A DNA stretch of 63,311 bases, filler included, from Reticulomyxa filosa (Eukaryota; Protista; Foraminifera), in assembly GCA_000512085.1 (NCBI GenBank). It is 16 parts of 16 records of this genome, joined end to end, with 100 filler letters (N's around TTAATTAATTAA, not from the genome) between each part and the next. Parts side by side here need not be neighbours in the genome. Positions count along the whole stretch, not along the records: positions 35,709 to 44,750 come from ASPP01021084.1; positions 44,851 to 46,451 come from ASPP01022448.1; positions 46,552 to 59,454 come from ASPP01012057.1; 13 more parts are not named here. One strand, 5' to 3'. Position numbers and translations under genes: made by a program. Position 1 is the first letter of the stretch, and every line of letters starts with the position of its first letter. Positions 37,901 to 50,596 of this stretch are shown here, in pieces. Below the pieces are notes generated by a model. The model searched no databases, was not told the origin of the DNA, and saw only the letters and a program-made list of their open reading frames with translations.

Positions 37901-38583
37901 CTTAATATAAAAGCGAGTCACCTAAAATGACTTTTAAAAAATATCTACAAATCTTGTAGTTTTTAAATATGAAATGGTTTCATAATGTTTTTTTTTGGGT
38001 TAGAAGCGTCGCCTTTTCACACGCTTTTTGAAAATTTTGCGGGAATACATACAAACCAAATGTCTGTGAAACAAAATTTTGTGATAATGTTTTAAAAAAT
38101 AAGTTCAAATGTTTGTTTTTCATGGAAAATCGACCATCTTCATAAGGTGGCATTTTGTGTTTGCAGTTTTTTCTACACTATACTGTATAATGGAAAATGT
38201 TCTAATATTCTTCTTTTCAGACAATAAAATTAATAACAATTAATGTACCATCTGTTCGTTGTTTCTTTCCTGATGAGAAGTTTTCAATAGATATGACATC
38301 TCAATCTCTTAGTAATATTGTTTTTGTTTTCTTCACTCTAATCATGTTAATTACCGTAGTCAGTTTAGCATTGAAATGAATAAATTTTGTGATATTTTAA
38401 ACTGAAAATTTTTGTTCAAAATCTTGATCATATAGACAAACGCTACACTATTTGTATTTCAAAAGTTTTTGTTTGAAAGTTGAAGTGTCAGGGTCGTTTA
38501 CAGTTTATTTAGCTCAAATCGCTTTTGTATTCTTTTTTAATACTTTTCTGCTTTCTTTATTCATTCCGTATAATTTGTTAAAC

Positions 38584-40646
38584 ATGCGCGAAATTGTGCA
38601 AATTCAAGCAGGCAAGTTGATTGTCTTGTTTTTTTCTGGGGTTGCAAAGTGATACCTTAGAAACACCTCCTTTTGAATCACTTTTAAATACAGGTCAATG
38701 TGGCAACCAAATTGGAGCAAAATTTTGGGAAGTAATGTGTGATGAGCACGGATTGGATGCAACCGGCAAGTTTACTGGAACTGACCGATCATTGATAGAA
38801 CGAATCAATGTATATTTTAATACAGTGAGGGAAACACGCTTTGTTCCGAGATGCATTTTAGTGGACTTAGAACCTGGGGTGTTGGACAGGTAACTTTAAG
38901 CTTACTCATACAATTTTTGTCTTTTTCGGCTTTGTATTGTGTTTCTGGTCTGTGCTCGAGATAATGGAGACGTTTTTTTTTATTTTGCACAGCACCCGAT
39001 CCGGCCCTTATGGTGCATTGTTTCGACCTGATAGCTTTGTATTCGCCCACAACGGCGCTGGGAATAACTGGGCCAAAGGTTTGTTGTCCGTTTTTAATTT
39101 GTAGCAAAAAATTACATGATATTGAACAAACAAAACAAAACAAACGGCGAACGCTCAATTACTCGTGATATTACAGGACATTACACTGGTAAGTTCTGTT
39201 TTTGTTAGTTTTTGGGGCAATACAAACATTAAACAACCAAACAAATAGAGGGAGCAGAATTGATCGACAATGTATTGGATGTTGTAAGAAAAAATGTCGA
39301 ATCGTGTGACTGCCTTCAAGGTAACTTTTCTTTTTACACTTAACTAAAAAAAAAAGGAGTTTTATCTTTTTCGGCCTTTTGAAACATTTTTTGTCTGATT
39401 CGTACAATATAACCGAATATGAAAAGGCTTTCAAATCACTCACTCTTTGGGAGGAGGCACTGGCAGTGGAATGGGAACATTGTTAGTCGCGAAGATTCGC
39501 GAAGAATATCCTGACCGAATGCTGGCAACATTTAGTGTGTTTCCAAGTCCTAAAGTTTGGTTGTTTTTTTTTAAGCTTTGAAAGAGATAGATTTTGAGCT
39601 ATTTGATGCAATGGAACAGGTGAGTGATACTGTGGTGGAACCTTATAATGCAACATTGTCAGTGCACCAATTAATAGAAAACACAGATGAGGTGATGGTG
39701 ATTGATAATGAAGCTTTGTATTTCATTTGTAATAAAATACTCAAATTGAATACTCCTAATTATGGTGATTTGAATCATTTAGTATCAGCCGCCATGAGTG
39801 GTATTACTTGCAGCTTAAGGTATGAATGAGTTTATCAAAAAAAAAAGGTTTCAACCTCAATTTTTTTAAAAATATTTTTTTTAGATTTCCTGGTCAGTTG
39901 AACAGTGATTTGAGAAAGTTGGCTGTTAACTTAATCCCATTTCCACGATTGCACTTCTTCATGACCGGATTTGCTCCGTTAACTGCTCCAAAGACAGCCC
40001 AAGTTTTGAAATAAAAAAAAGGAGACTCAATGAAAGAGGTGACAAGACAATAAAACTTCTATAAAAAAATAAAGTACTCAAACACATCGGTGGCCGAGCT
40101 GACCGGACAAATGTTTGATCCTCGAAATATGATGTGTGCTTGTGATCCTAAACACGGACGTTATTTGACTGCGTCAGCAATTTTTCGGGGTAGAGTATCA
40201 ACAAAGGAGGTAGATGATCAGATGCTGGCTGTGCAAAACAAAAACAGCTCTTGTTTTGTTGAATGGATCCCTCACAACATTAAATCATCAGTTGTGAATA
40301 TCCCCCCAAAAGGAATGAAATTGGGTGTCACATTTTTGGGAAATTCCACAGCAATTCAGGACATGTTCAAACGAGTTGGTGAGCAATTCACTATGATGTT
40401 CCGAAGAAAGGCATTTTTGCATTGGTAAGAATCAAACATTCATTGCGTTCTTGAATGTATGTAATGACGTTTGCACTGTTCTTTATTTATAATAGGTACA
40501 CTGGTGAGGGCATGGACGAAACTGAATTTACTGAGGCAGAGTCAAATATGAACGATTTGGTAAGTGAGTATCAACAATATCAGGAAGCCAGCGTTTTTGA
40601 AGAAGCTGATGATGAAGAAAAACCAAACAGTAACGAGACACAGTAA
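38584..40646 (+). CDS. TUBB: Divergent beta-tubulin, 10 exons; introns 38612-38693, 38890-38992, 39079-39176, 39189-39248, 39321-39426, 39555-39619, 39820-39884, 40003-40074, 40425-40495
   Basis: [58 protein letters not shown]; all introns restore the frame. Confidence 0.98.
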
Positions 40647-41099
40647 ACTTTTTGTTTTATGTAAAGCGATAATCATTTTTTGTTTTTAAACTATTTAATT
40701 AATTCAAACGTTGGATTTTAACATCCATTTTGACTTGCGTATTACGTGTAAATTTTTCTGGACCGGAAAAGAAAGCCTAACAAACTGACGACTAGTTGTT
40801 AAAGAAAGATTCAACTGTGATCGATTGATTATTCTCGCACTTATTTTTAGTAGCTTACTAGTCGAGTAAGTCACACGTTTAAAAACTATTTCTAACAATT
40901 ACAATTTAACGTCAAACAGATCTTTATTCAACGAGCCAACATTTTTTCACTTTGTTGTAGCAAAAATTGAAGTATTCGTTCACCTTATTTTTTTTATATA
41001 GGGGTTGCCCCCTCCGTGTAATGGCGGATATGCAGTGTTGCGGAAATTTTGAGACTGTTTTGCATAAATCAAAGGATATCAATGAGTTATTAGTTCATG

Positions 41100-41809
41100 A
41101 TTTTTAACATGAAGGAATATTTGGAGTTGTTTCTTCGGCACTTCCAACGGGAACGAACGTCGGACAAGCAGAGCATAGCAAGGAAGAAAAGAAAGCACGA
41201 CGTAAGTCAGGGCAATTGAAAAGGGAAATAGAACAAGAGTTTTTGGTGGAATATCCAGATCAATGGGCTGCAAGATTGCGTGTTCAACGGGCAAGACTCT
41301 ACACAAGTAAGCTGAACGTTACGAACTACAGTTTGGTATCGATGCTGAAAAATTGGAAAGGTTAGTTGGAATTGTCACTTTTGGCGAGGATTTACACGTT
41401 AACGCTATGAAAACAGCGACCGCAGGAGCACTGATGTTATTGCAAACAAATGGTGGCGAGGACATGTCGGTCGCATTTCGAGGCGCCAGCCAGTTACTTG
41501 ATCAATAGCTTCAAGCTGACAAAAAAAAGGCAACCAATGAATGAAAATTGAGTATCGAATCTTGTTGATGGCCGATGTGCAACCCAACATGGGCGAAACG
41601 AACAAAGAGAATTGTTTGTCATGGACAAACTGTTGCTCCCAACAGCGCATTTACACCACATTGTCGGTATTTGCAAAGTCTTTGGCAGCGAGTTAGTGCA
41701 ATACATTACAACTAATTTAAAAGGCAGACAATATACGATTGTTAGCATCATCAAGGAATTCAAAGATATGATCACTGAAAATTTTGGTTATTTTCCAAGC
41801 CATTTTTGA
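41100..41809 (+). pseudogene. Degenerate gene, possibly vWA-domain
   Basis: RLVGIVTFGEDLHV and TATAGAL resemble vWA motifs; multiple stops and frameshifts. Confidence 0.3.
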
Positions 41810-43229
41810 TTTCAATTTTTTTTTTGACGCGTGCAAACGAAAACGTTTTTTGTATAAGTATATAAAAAAATTCTTTTTTTTGAACGGGTTTAATTCTGTA
41901 TAACAGGCTTCTTCTGTGCTGCTATGAATTGGACGAAGTCTTCAGAGTTGTGAACTCGTGTCTGCCACCAATTCTTTGATAACTTGTTTCCGTCACATGT
42001 GAATGAAGAGTAGATAACTGAAGGATGTATGCTGCTTTTGAAAATCAAACACAGACTGGCGAGACAAAACAATGGCGGAGATAAAGATACAAATACGGTT
42101 TCAAGTTTAAGCGTACGTATCAAATGCTATTACAGAAAAAGAAGTAATACTATCACGTCAAAAAAGCAGCACTTGTCAACTTTCACCAAAACAAAACCAA
42201 AGATAAAAGAAAGATTCTTGCCATTTTATACCAGAGCGACATTTTTTTCTTGCAAAGAAAAAACTGTCATAATAGTTTTATCTGTCAGTTTTGGGCTATT
42301 TTCTTTTTTTCAATATAATATATTTATGCGATCAATGTGCAACACAGATCATTTGCTTTTTTTTTGACACGGAAAAATAAGTTTTTCTACTGGACGTATA
42401 ATAAAAATTTATCTGATCTTATTTTAATTTTCGAGTTCTAGTCTCATGTTTCGCACGATTACAAAAAAGTGCTTTGTGGCTGTATGAAAAAAGAAAAAGC
42501 AGATAGTTTAATGAATATTTGTGACTTATAAAAAAGCGATGCTCGATTATATAACGATAGTAATCAAAAATTTAAAAACTTGTATCTTTTTGTCAAATAT
42601 GCTAACCATAATTGATCGAGTGTTATTTACTGTATGTTGTAAAAATAGAATATTATTTCGTCTAATAGATTATTTGTAGAATTGCATAATTTCTTCATAT
42701 TGAAATAACATTATTACCTCTCAAAGCCAACAATGTGAACAAATCATTCACTAAACTCAAAAAAAAACTTATGCCTGAACCCAAAAGTAATAATTTTTAG
42801 ATTAGTACATTAATTTGGCTTATTTTTGAATTTGAAAAACATTCATAGCTTTTAGATGCTCATTGGCTCCAGAACTTGATTGATGATCACAATCATTGAT
42901 ATTAAGATAATATGACATAATCCTTTTTGAAAAAAAGGAACAAACAACAAAAATTTTACACGGTAATACATTATTCAAGTCAAAAGTCTTTTTTTTTTGA
43001 GAAACGTTCTTTGTTTGGTGACTGAAACACATAACTGCCATTTGAACGAAAAAAAAGTGAAAATGATTATTTGGTGTGTAGTGGTATTTTTTATTTGCGA
43101 TTTGTTTACAAATTAAACAAATAAATTGTTATGTCTTCATGTGGAGTCATAAGCTTGGTGATTTTTGTTATGTAAACCTATTAAGTATGATATGATCCCA
43201 TTTCACGGTAAGTAAATGTTGATTCCATT

Positions 43230-44205
43230 TTCGACACGTTTTGGAAATATTTAAGCGCTTTGTTATAGTATCCAATGGCATTGCCATAGCCTCCTTTAGC
43301 TTCAAACAAAAGACTATATATCATAGGAAACACTAAGATTAGGATTATATTCCATATATAATTCTATTTGATTTTTTTTGGAACATCAATCGCCTTGTTA
43401 TATCGTAAATTTTCAACAGAAATAACTCCTAAATCATCATATACATCAATCATGTTCATGCGAGCTCTCGTGCCTCTCTGATGTATTTAATCCAATGCTC
43501 AATACTTTTTCATAGCATTCAATCGCCTTCTCAAATTGACCATTATATTTATAAGCAATTTCTAACAAAAATAGGTATCAGATTGTTTATTTCAGAGAGG
43601 TCATTTATTATTTTCAATCCCTTTTCACTGTATGCAATTGCCATACTAAAATCTTTACTGGCGAAATAAAAACGCCCCAAATTAATATATGCATAAGCGA
43701 CATGTGAGCAATTAATTCCAAACATGGATAATCCAATGTCTGGAATTGTTTCGTGATGTTCAACAACTTTGTCATACTGCTTATTGGCAAAATAGGCCAT
43801 TCCTAATTTATAATACAAATTCGTAATATCCAAAGCATTAGATCCAAAAATAACCATTCTTACTTCCAAGGAATTTATGTAATATTCGATTGATTGTTTA
43901 TACTTTCACTGTCTGTCATACAAAAAAGCCTAAATTATAAAATGATAAAGCGACATCAGGATGATTGGCCCCAATAAAGTACCATCTTATCTTCAATGAT
44001 TTTTCATGGTATTCAGCTGCCTTGTCATTTTGTCCATTGCCATGATATCAAGTCCTAAATAGTAATACGACGAGGCGACATCAATGTGCCTTCTTCCAAG
44101 TCTCTTCAATTGTATCTGTAATACCTTTTCATAATATTGAATAGCCACATCATACTGTCCACTGTGTTAATAGAAATCTCCAACAGTGTGACTCGACCAA
44201 GCAAA
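43230..44205 (-). pseudogene. TPR-repeat (kinesin-light-chain-like) pseudogene
   Basis: GANHPDVA, LGMAYFANKQYDKVVEHHE, AIAYSEKGLKI; stops and frameshifts. Confidence 0.8.
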
Positions 44206-44207
44206 AT

Positions 44208-44750
44208 TTAAAAATTTTTCTTTCGCGGCATTCTCTTAACCGACTGATAGTACCATAAAACAATGGCGATTACAATCAAAAATCGCAATCGAAAGCTGCA
44301 ATAAGATTTGCAAAAGGAAAATAAGCAAAGTATGTGTTCTTTGAAAGTTGTGGGATACTCGAGTGAACGCAGTTGAAGTTCAAGAATTTGTCTATCTTTT
44401 TCTTGTAATAATTCTGTAAATCTTGCATGCTGCCCTCTCATTTCTTCTTCTTTCAATCGTTCAATTTCCTCATCTTTGATTTCCATATCCTCTGTCAATT
44501 CTTCATTTTCTTTGGACAAGGTTTGTTGCTTCAATCACACACATACATACATTACATGTATTTTGTTCTATTTACGTATTTTTTTTTTTATGTGTGCGAG
44601 TCAATCTGACGAGGACTCGAATGGGAGATATATTATTTGTATTAAAATAGTTTTGTTTTAAATCTCTTTATTCATCAACTAAGTTTGAATTGTTGCCATT
44701 CTTTTCTTTTTTTAATTCTGCCAATGCCTGCCTTTTCACCTTTAGCTGTC
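44208..44750 (-). CDS. Coiled-coil protein 3' part with C-terminal hydrophobic anchor
   Basis: KDEEIERLKEEE..EKDRQILELQ then FLIVIAIVLWYY. Confidence 0.4.
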
Positions 44751-44850
44751 NNNNNNNNNNNNNNNNNNNNNNNNNNNNNNNNNNNNNNNNNNNNTTAATT
44801 AATTAANNNNNNNNNNNNNNNNNNNNNNNNNNNNNNNNNNNNNNNNNNNN

Positions 44851-45985
44851 ACAACTTTGCAAAGCGTGTTTGCGTGATACGTCATACGCATACAACATCA
44901 GCCTGTCTTGCCTTTGCAATTAGCCGAAGGGCATCTTTACTAATAGATAATATACAAAATACAAAGCTGCGTAAATGGTCTGATGTATATATGCATCCAC
45001 CACTTTTTTTGCGAGTTGTAAAATGATCGAGGGCACCAATCCTTCCATACGTATCACCGTATGAAATCCCAAATCCTTTTGTTTGCGTATTGTCAATCAT
45101 CATCTCTACTTGCTCCTCCTCCAACTTCTCTACCAATCATCGACATACGTCACGCTGAAGCTACCCACGGGCCGATTGTTTTTTGCCGTCAAATTACCCT
45201 TGGGCACTTTCTGCAATAGTTCAAAGCCATCAACTTCCGTCTTTAATCGCAATTTGTGCGTATCGTAGTTGATCATCGACTTGACAAAGGCACGCGCATT
45301 ATTACTGGAGGGGGCAATAGTGCCTTTCTCACATTTCCATCGACAAGAAGGTGGGTTCTCGTCACTATCTATAATATACATATACATATATAAATATATA
45401 TACATTTGTATATGTATATTCTATGTACACTTCATTCATCACAAATCTCTACTACTTTTTTTTCTTTACAAAATGTGCATAGTGAAATATAAAACATGCG
45501 TAAAAAAAAAAAATAATGAAGATTTGTACATAATCGTTTTGTCACACACTAAGTACCAATAGCCTTTGTGATCGTCAATTAACTCCGCTCGATGATCTTG
45601 CTTATTGACAAAGGCGTAGCGGTCATTGCAAAATCCGACACATTTGTAATACATTTGCAATTGGGTCACATCACACCAATGACCCACACTGTATATCCGC
45701 AAATGGCCGACATTTGTGTGTTCCATCTGTTGTTGTAGTATGTATGTCCAATTTATTGTCGCATTTCACATCCACGCCTACGTCGCCAATGACTGCTCCA
45801 CTGCTATCACATATCATCTTTTCCTTCAGTACTTTGCTCGCTCGCTTTCGATTCGACTTGCTCGCTAATTGCAATCCTGCCAAACCATAGCCCGTGTGTC
45901 CGGCTGCGCTTGGTCCTTCGCTCGTGTCATTTTCCTCTTTGTGTTCCATTTTGATGGACTCTTTCATTGTTCCGTTCAACTTTTT
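44851..45985 (-). pseudogene. Unidentified multi-exon gene remnant downstream of the TPPII 5' fragment
   Basis: Coding-like segments in changing frames with in-frame stops; microsatellite intron about 45370-45525. Confidence 0.35.
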
Positions 45986-46044
45986 TATTTATTATTATCA
46001 ATATACACATCCCACCAGCCATTCATTGCCATTGTGCCAAACGT

Positions 46045-46242
46045 CCATATCTGGGGTTACTGTCAGACCTTCCGCGGTGGGGTCACAACCACCGTCCAAA
46101 ATTGCCACAAGAACTCTCTTTCCATTGTACTCTGGAAACTTATCCAGAAACAACGTCGCAACAGTTCTTGCTTTGGCATTACACAACAATCTGGGAAGTT
46201 TAAACTATCTGCGTGGATATTCAGAAAATTTGATGAATACAT
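46045..46242 (-). pseudogene. Tripeptidyl-peptidase II N-terminal fragment
   Basis: FP...[44 protein letters not shown] matches the TPPII N-terminus and catalytic Asp motif; similarity then ends. Confidence 0.8.
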
Positions 46243-46569
46243 CTTTTTTTTGTTGAAGAAATCATTGTATAAATATTTGTTCATGATAAGACTGATATAA
46301 TGATATGATAATGATATGATATGATAATGATGATTGAAAATAATGATGAACACAAATTTTAGGAGTTCAAGTTCAAATTTTACCAAAAATATTTTTACAC
46401 AAAAAATTGATTGTATTTTACAAAAATAAAAAATTAGTTATAGTTTTTTTTNNNNNNNNNNNNNNNNNNNNNNNNNNNNNNNNNNNNNNNNNNNNTTAAT
46501 TAATTAANNNNNNNNNNNNNNNNNNNNNNNNNNNNNNNNNNNNNNNNNNNNAACAACAAAAAAAAAGGG

Positions 46570-47240
46570 GTCATCTGAACCTCAAGATTATAACGGTGGC
46601 CGTTCTTTGGACGACTTTGTCAATTGGATCAATGAAAAGGCAGGGACACGAAGAAATACTGACGGTTCTTTGAAGAGATCAGTTAAGTTATTTTTTTTTT
46701 TGTAATTGAACTAGTTGGAAATAAACATAACCCTTTTTTTAATAAAAAAAAGGCTGGTCGCTATCCAAAACTCGATACATTGGCCCATCAATTTTATACA
46801 AACAGCCAATCTCGTGATATTGTGAAAAAAGAGATTGCGACATTGTGCCAAGGAAACGAATTTTCAAAGTTTTGTTGTTTCAAAACATAATAAAACCGAT
46901 CTTGATCTAATATCCATGGGCCAACCAAAAACTAAATTATTAACAAATATATTTTATAATCTTTGTAAGGGGAAATAGTCGACATTTTCTTTCTGTTTGC
47001 ATAAAAATGGGTTGGTATTGAAATGATAGAGAGGATTGCGATAACTACTTGAAAACTGCTGAAAAAATTGTTGAAAAAGGAAACCAGTATGTCACCGATG
47101 AAAAAAACAGATTAGAACGTATCTTGTCGTCCTCGGGTGTACGACCTGACAAGAAAAATGGAATGATTTTGCGCAAAAATGTATTGGATGGCTTCTTAGA
47201 AGGTGCTGAACTAATTGAAGAAGCAAAACAAGATTTATAA
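46570..47240 (+). CDS. Protein disulfide isomerase (P5/ERp38 type with ERp29-like C-domain), 3' part
   Basis: PQDYNGGRSLDDFVNWINEKAG, YVTDEKNRLERIL, ends KQDL (ER-retention-like); intron 46682-46752. Confidence 0.85.
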
Positions 47241-47742
47241 AGATAATCAAATATTGAACAAAACAAAAAACCACAAACAAAAACAAGTGTCTGGTGTCGG
47301 TTTAAACACACCCTTGAACAAACTTCAATTGTTTGCGGTTTTTTTTTAATGAGTTTTAACCAAAATTCAAATTGCTATTGTCTGCAATTAATTTTGTATC
47401 AAAATAGGGTTCTTGCGCATTTGTGTGAGAAAGCCTATGATACTGTCGGTCATCAATCAACTAATTTACTCTGGAGCCTCTTTTGGATCAATATCCGCAG
47501 AAACACACAATGAGCAAAATAGAAAAAATTGTAACAAAAAGAGAGTTTTTATATTTGCATATTATTAGAAAATACCGACAAAAAAACTGTGGAGTGTTAA
47601 TAAAAATTACAAGACGAGCGAATTGTGAGTATATTACGAAAATTAAGAAAAAATGGTAACTTAAACGTTTACAAGCAATGCATTTAAGAAAGAGAAGTAA
47701 GGATAAAAACTGAAGGGTGGCGGTTTTAACGAAAATTTTGAA

Positions 47743-49359
47743 ATGCTTTTGTTGACTTTTTTTAACGGCTACAATTTTGGCATGCGCCCTTTGGAAACGG
47801 ACAGTGATTGTCAAATGTCACGTGAAAACGTGTTTGATCAAACACTACAAAAATGTTACAGTAAGGAATGGGTGAGAAGCAACCGAGAAAACGAAGAGAA
47901 AAAGGCGGAGGCGAACATAAAAGACTGGAGTTGTGGAATGTGTGGGGAAATAGCGAACAATGCAATGGAATTGTTATGTACAGAGCACGAACACGACCAA
48001 GAGGCATTTATAATCGGAGAGAGTTGTTTAATGGAATATTTGAAACACAATGATAATCTTTGTCCAATAAGCAATCACAAAGAATGCCGCTTCGTCAAAA
48101 GAAAGGAAGTGAGAAAAGAGGTGGAAAACTTGAATGTCATGTGCCCACGACAATACCAACTGGAGATTACATCCCCAAGTCAACAACAACATATCACTTC
48201 TGGAGTGCAACAGCGACTGTGTACGTATGTGGGAACAATTCAATCAATGAAAGATCACTTGAGCAAAAGCTGCCCATTGGTTCCATTAAAATGTGAATAT
48301 GAAGAGTTCGGATGTAACGAACCTCTTTTCCAACACAATTATAAAGCCCATAAAAGCGCAAGAGCAGAGATGCATTTGCAAATGGTGCTAAGCCATTTAC
48401 GTAAGTGTCAAGTGACCATGAAGAAGATGCAAGTGATGAATGACGAGAAATTTGAAGCGCTGAAAAAGTATATAAAAAGCAAAGAAGAAGAAACGAATGC
48501 ATTACAATTACAATCCGAGGATATAAAGATAGAGGGAGTGCAGCTGGCTACAAAAACGTGCCGAGAAATGGTCAAAGTGCTTCCCCATATAAACAGCTTA
48601 AAAAATGGACGTGACTACTTGCTTGTACAAGAAAATAACCAGGTGATTCGACTCAAAAATAATGAATTGACATGTTTCAAATATGGTATTTATTTATTGG
48701 GTGAAAACATTAAACTGACCAGTGATTGCGACAAAGACCATGGAGAGCGAGGGCACATTAAGATTAAAACGAGCCACTTGTTGATTACTCATCAATCCTC
48801 TTCGATCGATTGCAGTGGATTGGGATATCTTCCCGATTCTGGTCCAGGCAAAGGAGGCAAAGGTTTTCGCGGAGGGAGTGCAGGGCATGCTGCCAAAGGT
48901 GGAGAGCGGATAGGAGAGAAAAACGGGGCTGGTGGGGATATGTATGGAGAAGAAACACTTTTAAAAGAAATCCACTTTGGGAGTGGAGGAGGAACTGCTT
49001 ATGGAAGGTATTCGGGTGGGCGCGGTGGAGGCATCATTGAAATTACAATTGACACGCAATTGGAGAGTTATGGTAGTATACGTTGCAATGGTACCGAAGG
49101 TACAAGCGAATGGAAAATGAATCATGGAGGGCGTGGAAGTGGAGGCTCTATCCTTATCAAGTTTACTCAATCCAAAAACACTTTGACACAAACTTTTGGC
49201 AGAATTGAGTGCCGTGGAGGAGGCAAGAAAAGAGTCCAAAGAAAAGGGGCTTGTGGCAGGATTGCCATTTATGGTGCTGAAGTTTCTCCCGATCAAATTT
49301 TGAAGATTGAGCCCCATCCCTTTGTCCAGAGCAAAGAAGAATATATCACAAACAATTGA
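47743..49359 (+). CDS. RING-like/TRAF zinc-finger, coiled-coil and glycine-rich domain protein
   Basis: CGMC..ELLCTEH..CL..CPI; CPLVPLKCEYEEFGC; GSGGG..GGRGGGIIEI..GSGGSILI; single ORF, real start probably a downstream ATG. Confidence 0.8.
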   Translation: MLLLTFFNGYNFGMRPLETDSDCQMSRENVFDQTLQKCYSKEWVRSNRENEEKKAEANIKDWSCGMCGEIANNAMELLCTEHEHDQEAFIIGESCLMEYLKHNDNLCPISNHKECRFVKRKEVRKEVENLNVMCPRQYQLEITSPSQQQHITSGVQQRLCTYVGTIQSMKDHLSKSCPLVPLKCEYEEFGCNEPLFQHNYKAHKSARAEMHLQMVLSHLRKCQVTMKKMQVMNDEKFEALKKYIKSKEEETNALQLQSEDIKIEGVQLATKTCREMVKVLPHINSLKNGRDYLLVQENNQVIRLKNNELTCFKYGIYLLGENIKLTSDCDKDHGERGHIKIKTSHLLITHQSSSIDCSGLGYLPDSGPGKGGKGFRGGSAGHAAKGGERIGEKNGAGGDMYGEETLLKEIHFGSGGGTAYGRYSGGRGGGIIEITIDTQLESYGSIRCNGTEGTSEWKMNHGGRGSGGSILIKFTQSKNTLTQTFGRIECRGGGKKRVQRKGACGRIAIYGAEVSPDQILKIEPHPFVQSKEEYITNN

Positions 49360-50596
49360 CTCTTTTTTTTGCCAGTTTGCTTGTTTGGTTCAAAAAAAAA
49401 AATGTTATTGATTTTTTAGTGAGGGTTTGCTGTTTAAAATAGCATAATATGAAAAACGTATCTTTTCTATCTATGGATAAAATATATTTTTACAACTCTT
49501 TTTGGATGCAGTGCTACTGAAAGCATGTTTACCATAATTTTTCATACAACTTTTCAAATGTGATTTAAAAAATGTGGGAGTGCGATGCAGAGACACACGT
49601 ATTATATAATCTTTAAATTGTATCAATTGAATATAGAAATAATAAAAAATGTTAATTCAAATTTTACACAAAAAAATTGTAAGATTGAATTTGGGCATTT
49701 ATTCATGCGCAATATGGCAAATCTTAAATTTTTAATTGTGACATTTTCCGTTCATTATAAAAGATTGCAAAACGAAAAAAATTTTTTCAGTTGCTGTAAA
49801 AAAACAACTTTGAAACATGTTCTATGTTTTGTCTATTGGTCTGAATATTGGAAAATTTGCTGTATTAGTTCTTCTATCAATTAATACTTTAAACTTTTGA
49901 AAAAAAGCCAAATGTTAAATTCACACAATTGATAACACTATTATTATCATGATTATTATAACTAAACAATAAATTAAGTTAATATGAGAAAATATTAAAA
50001 ATAAAAAGTGTGACTAATGTTCTTGCAATATATAATTATTTTTCAGTATTTAGTTTATTAAACAAAAATAAAACCAATTGCTTCCCAAGTCAACGGTATC
50101 ATTTATATATTTTTTTAGTATTAATAATTATTTGTATGTTACAAAAAAATGTACACTATATATCATTTTCGTATTACATGAATCAAACTTTTTTTTTTAA
50201 ATTTACAAAATTCTTTTTCATCAAAGGATAATAACATCAAATCATTTGTTCATGTTATTTGTAGATAAAAAGCACATAGCAATTTTCTTTTAAAAAAATG
50301 CGTTGTGACATGAAAAGACAATATTTATAAGTAAGCTTAGCAATTTTCAATTTGTATTAGATTTGAATGATTAAATTTCACACGAAAATTTATAATCAAA
50401 ATATGGTCAATATCAGACATAGGATCCTTTGTAGATAGAAGAGCTATGCTTTAATTTGATCGAGAAGAAAGAGCAGAAGGGAAAAGAAAAAACTATAGCA
50501 TGTTGAAAGAAGTAGCATACATAACACAAAACAGTGGATATTTTTCCTGTGCAACATTTTCCCAGCTCCACCATCCTTTTGTTTGTTTTTTTTTTT

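Noticed and set aside
32884-40646. Stop-codon reassignment in this genome
   Set aside because: Conserved genes have no in-frame stops after splicing, and TAA, TAG and TGA all terminate genes; in-frame stops occur only in decayed copies
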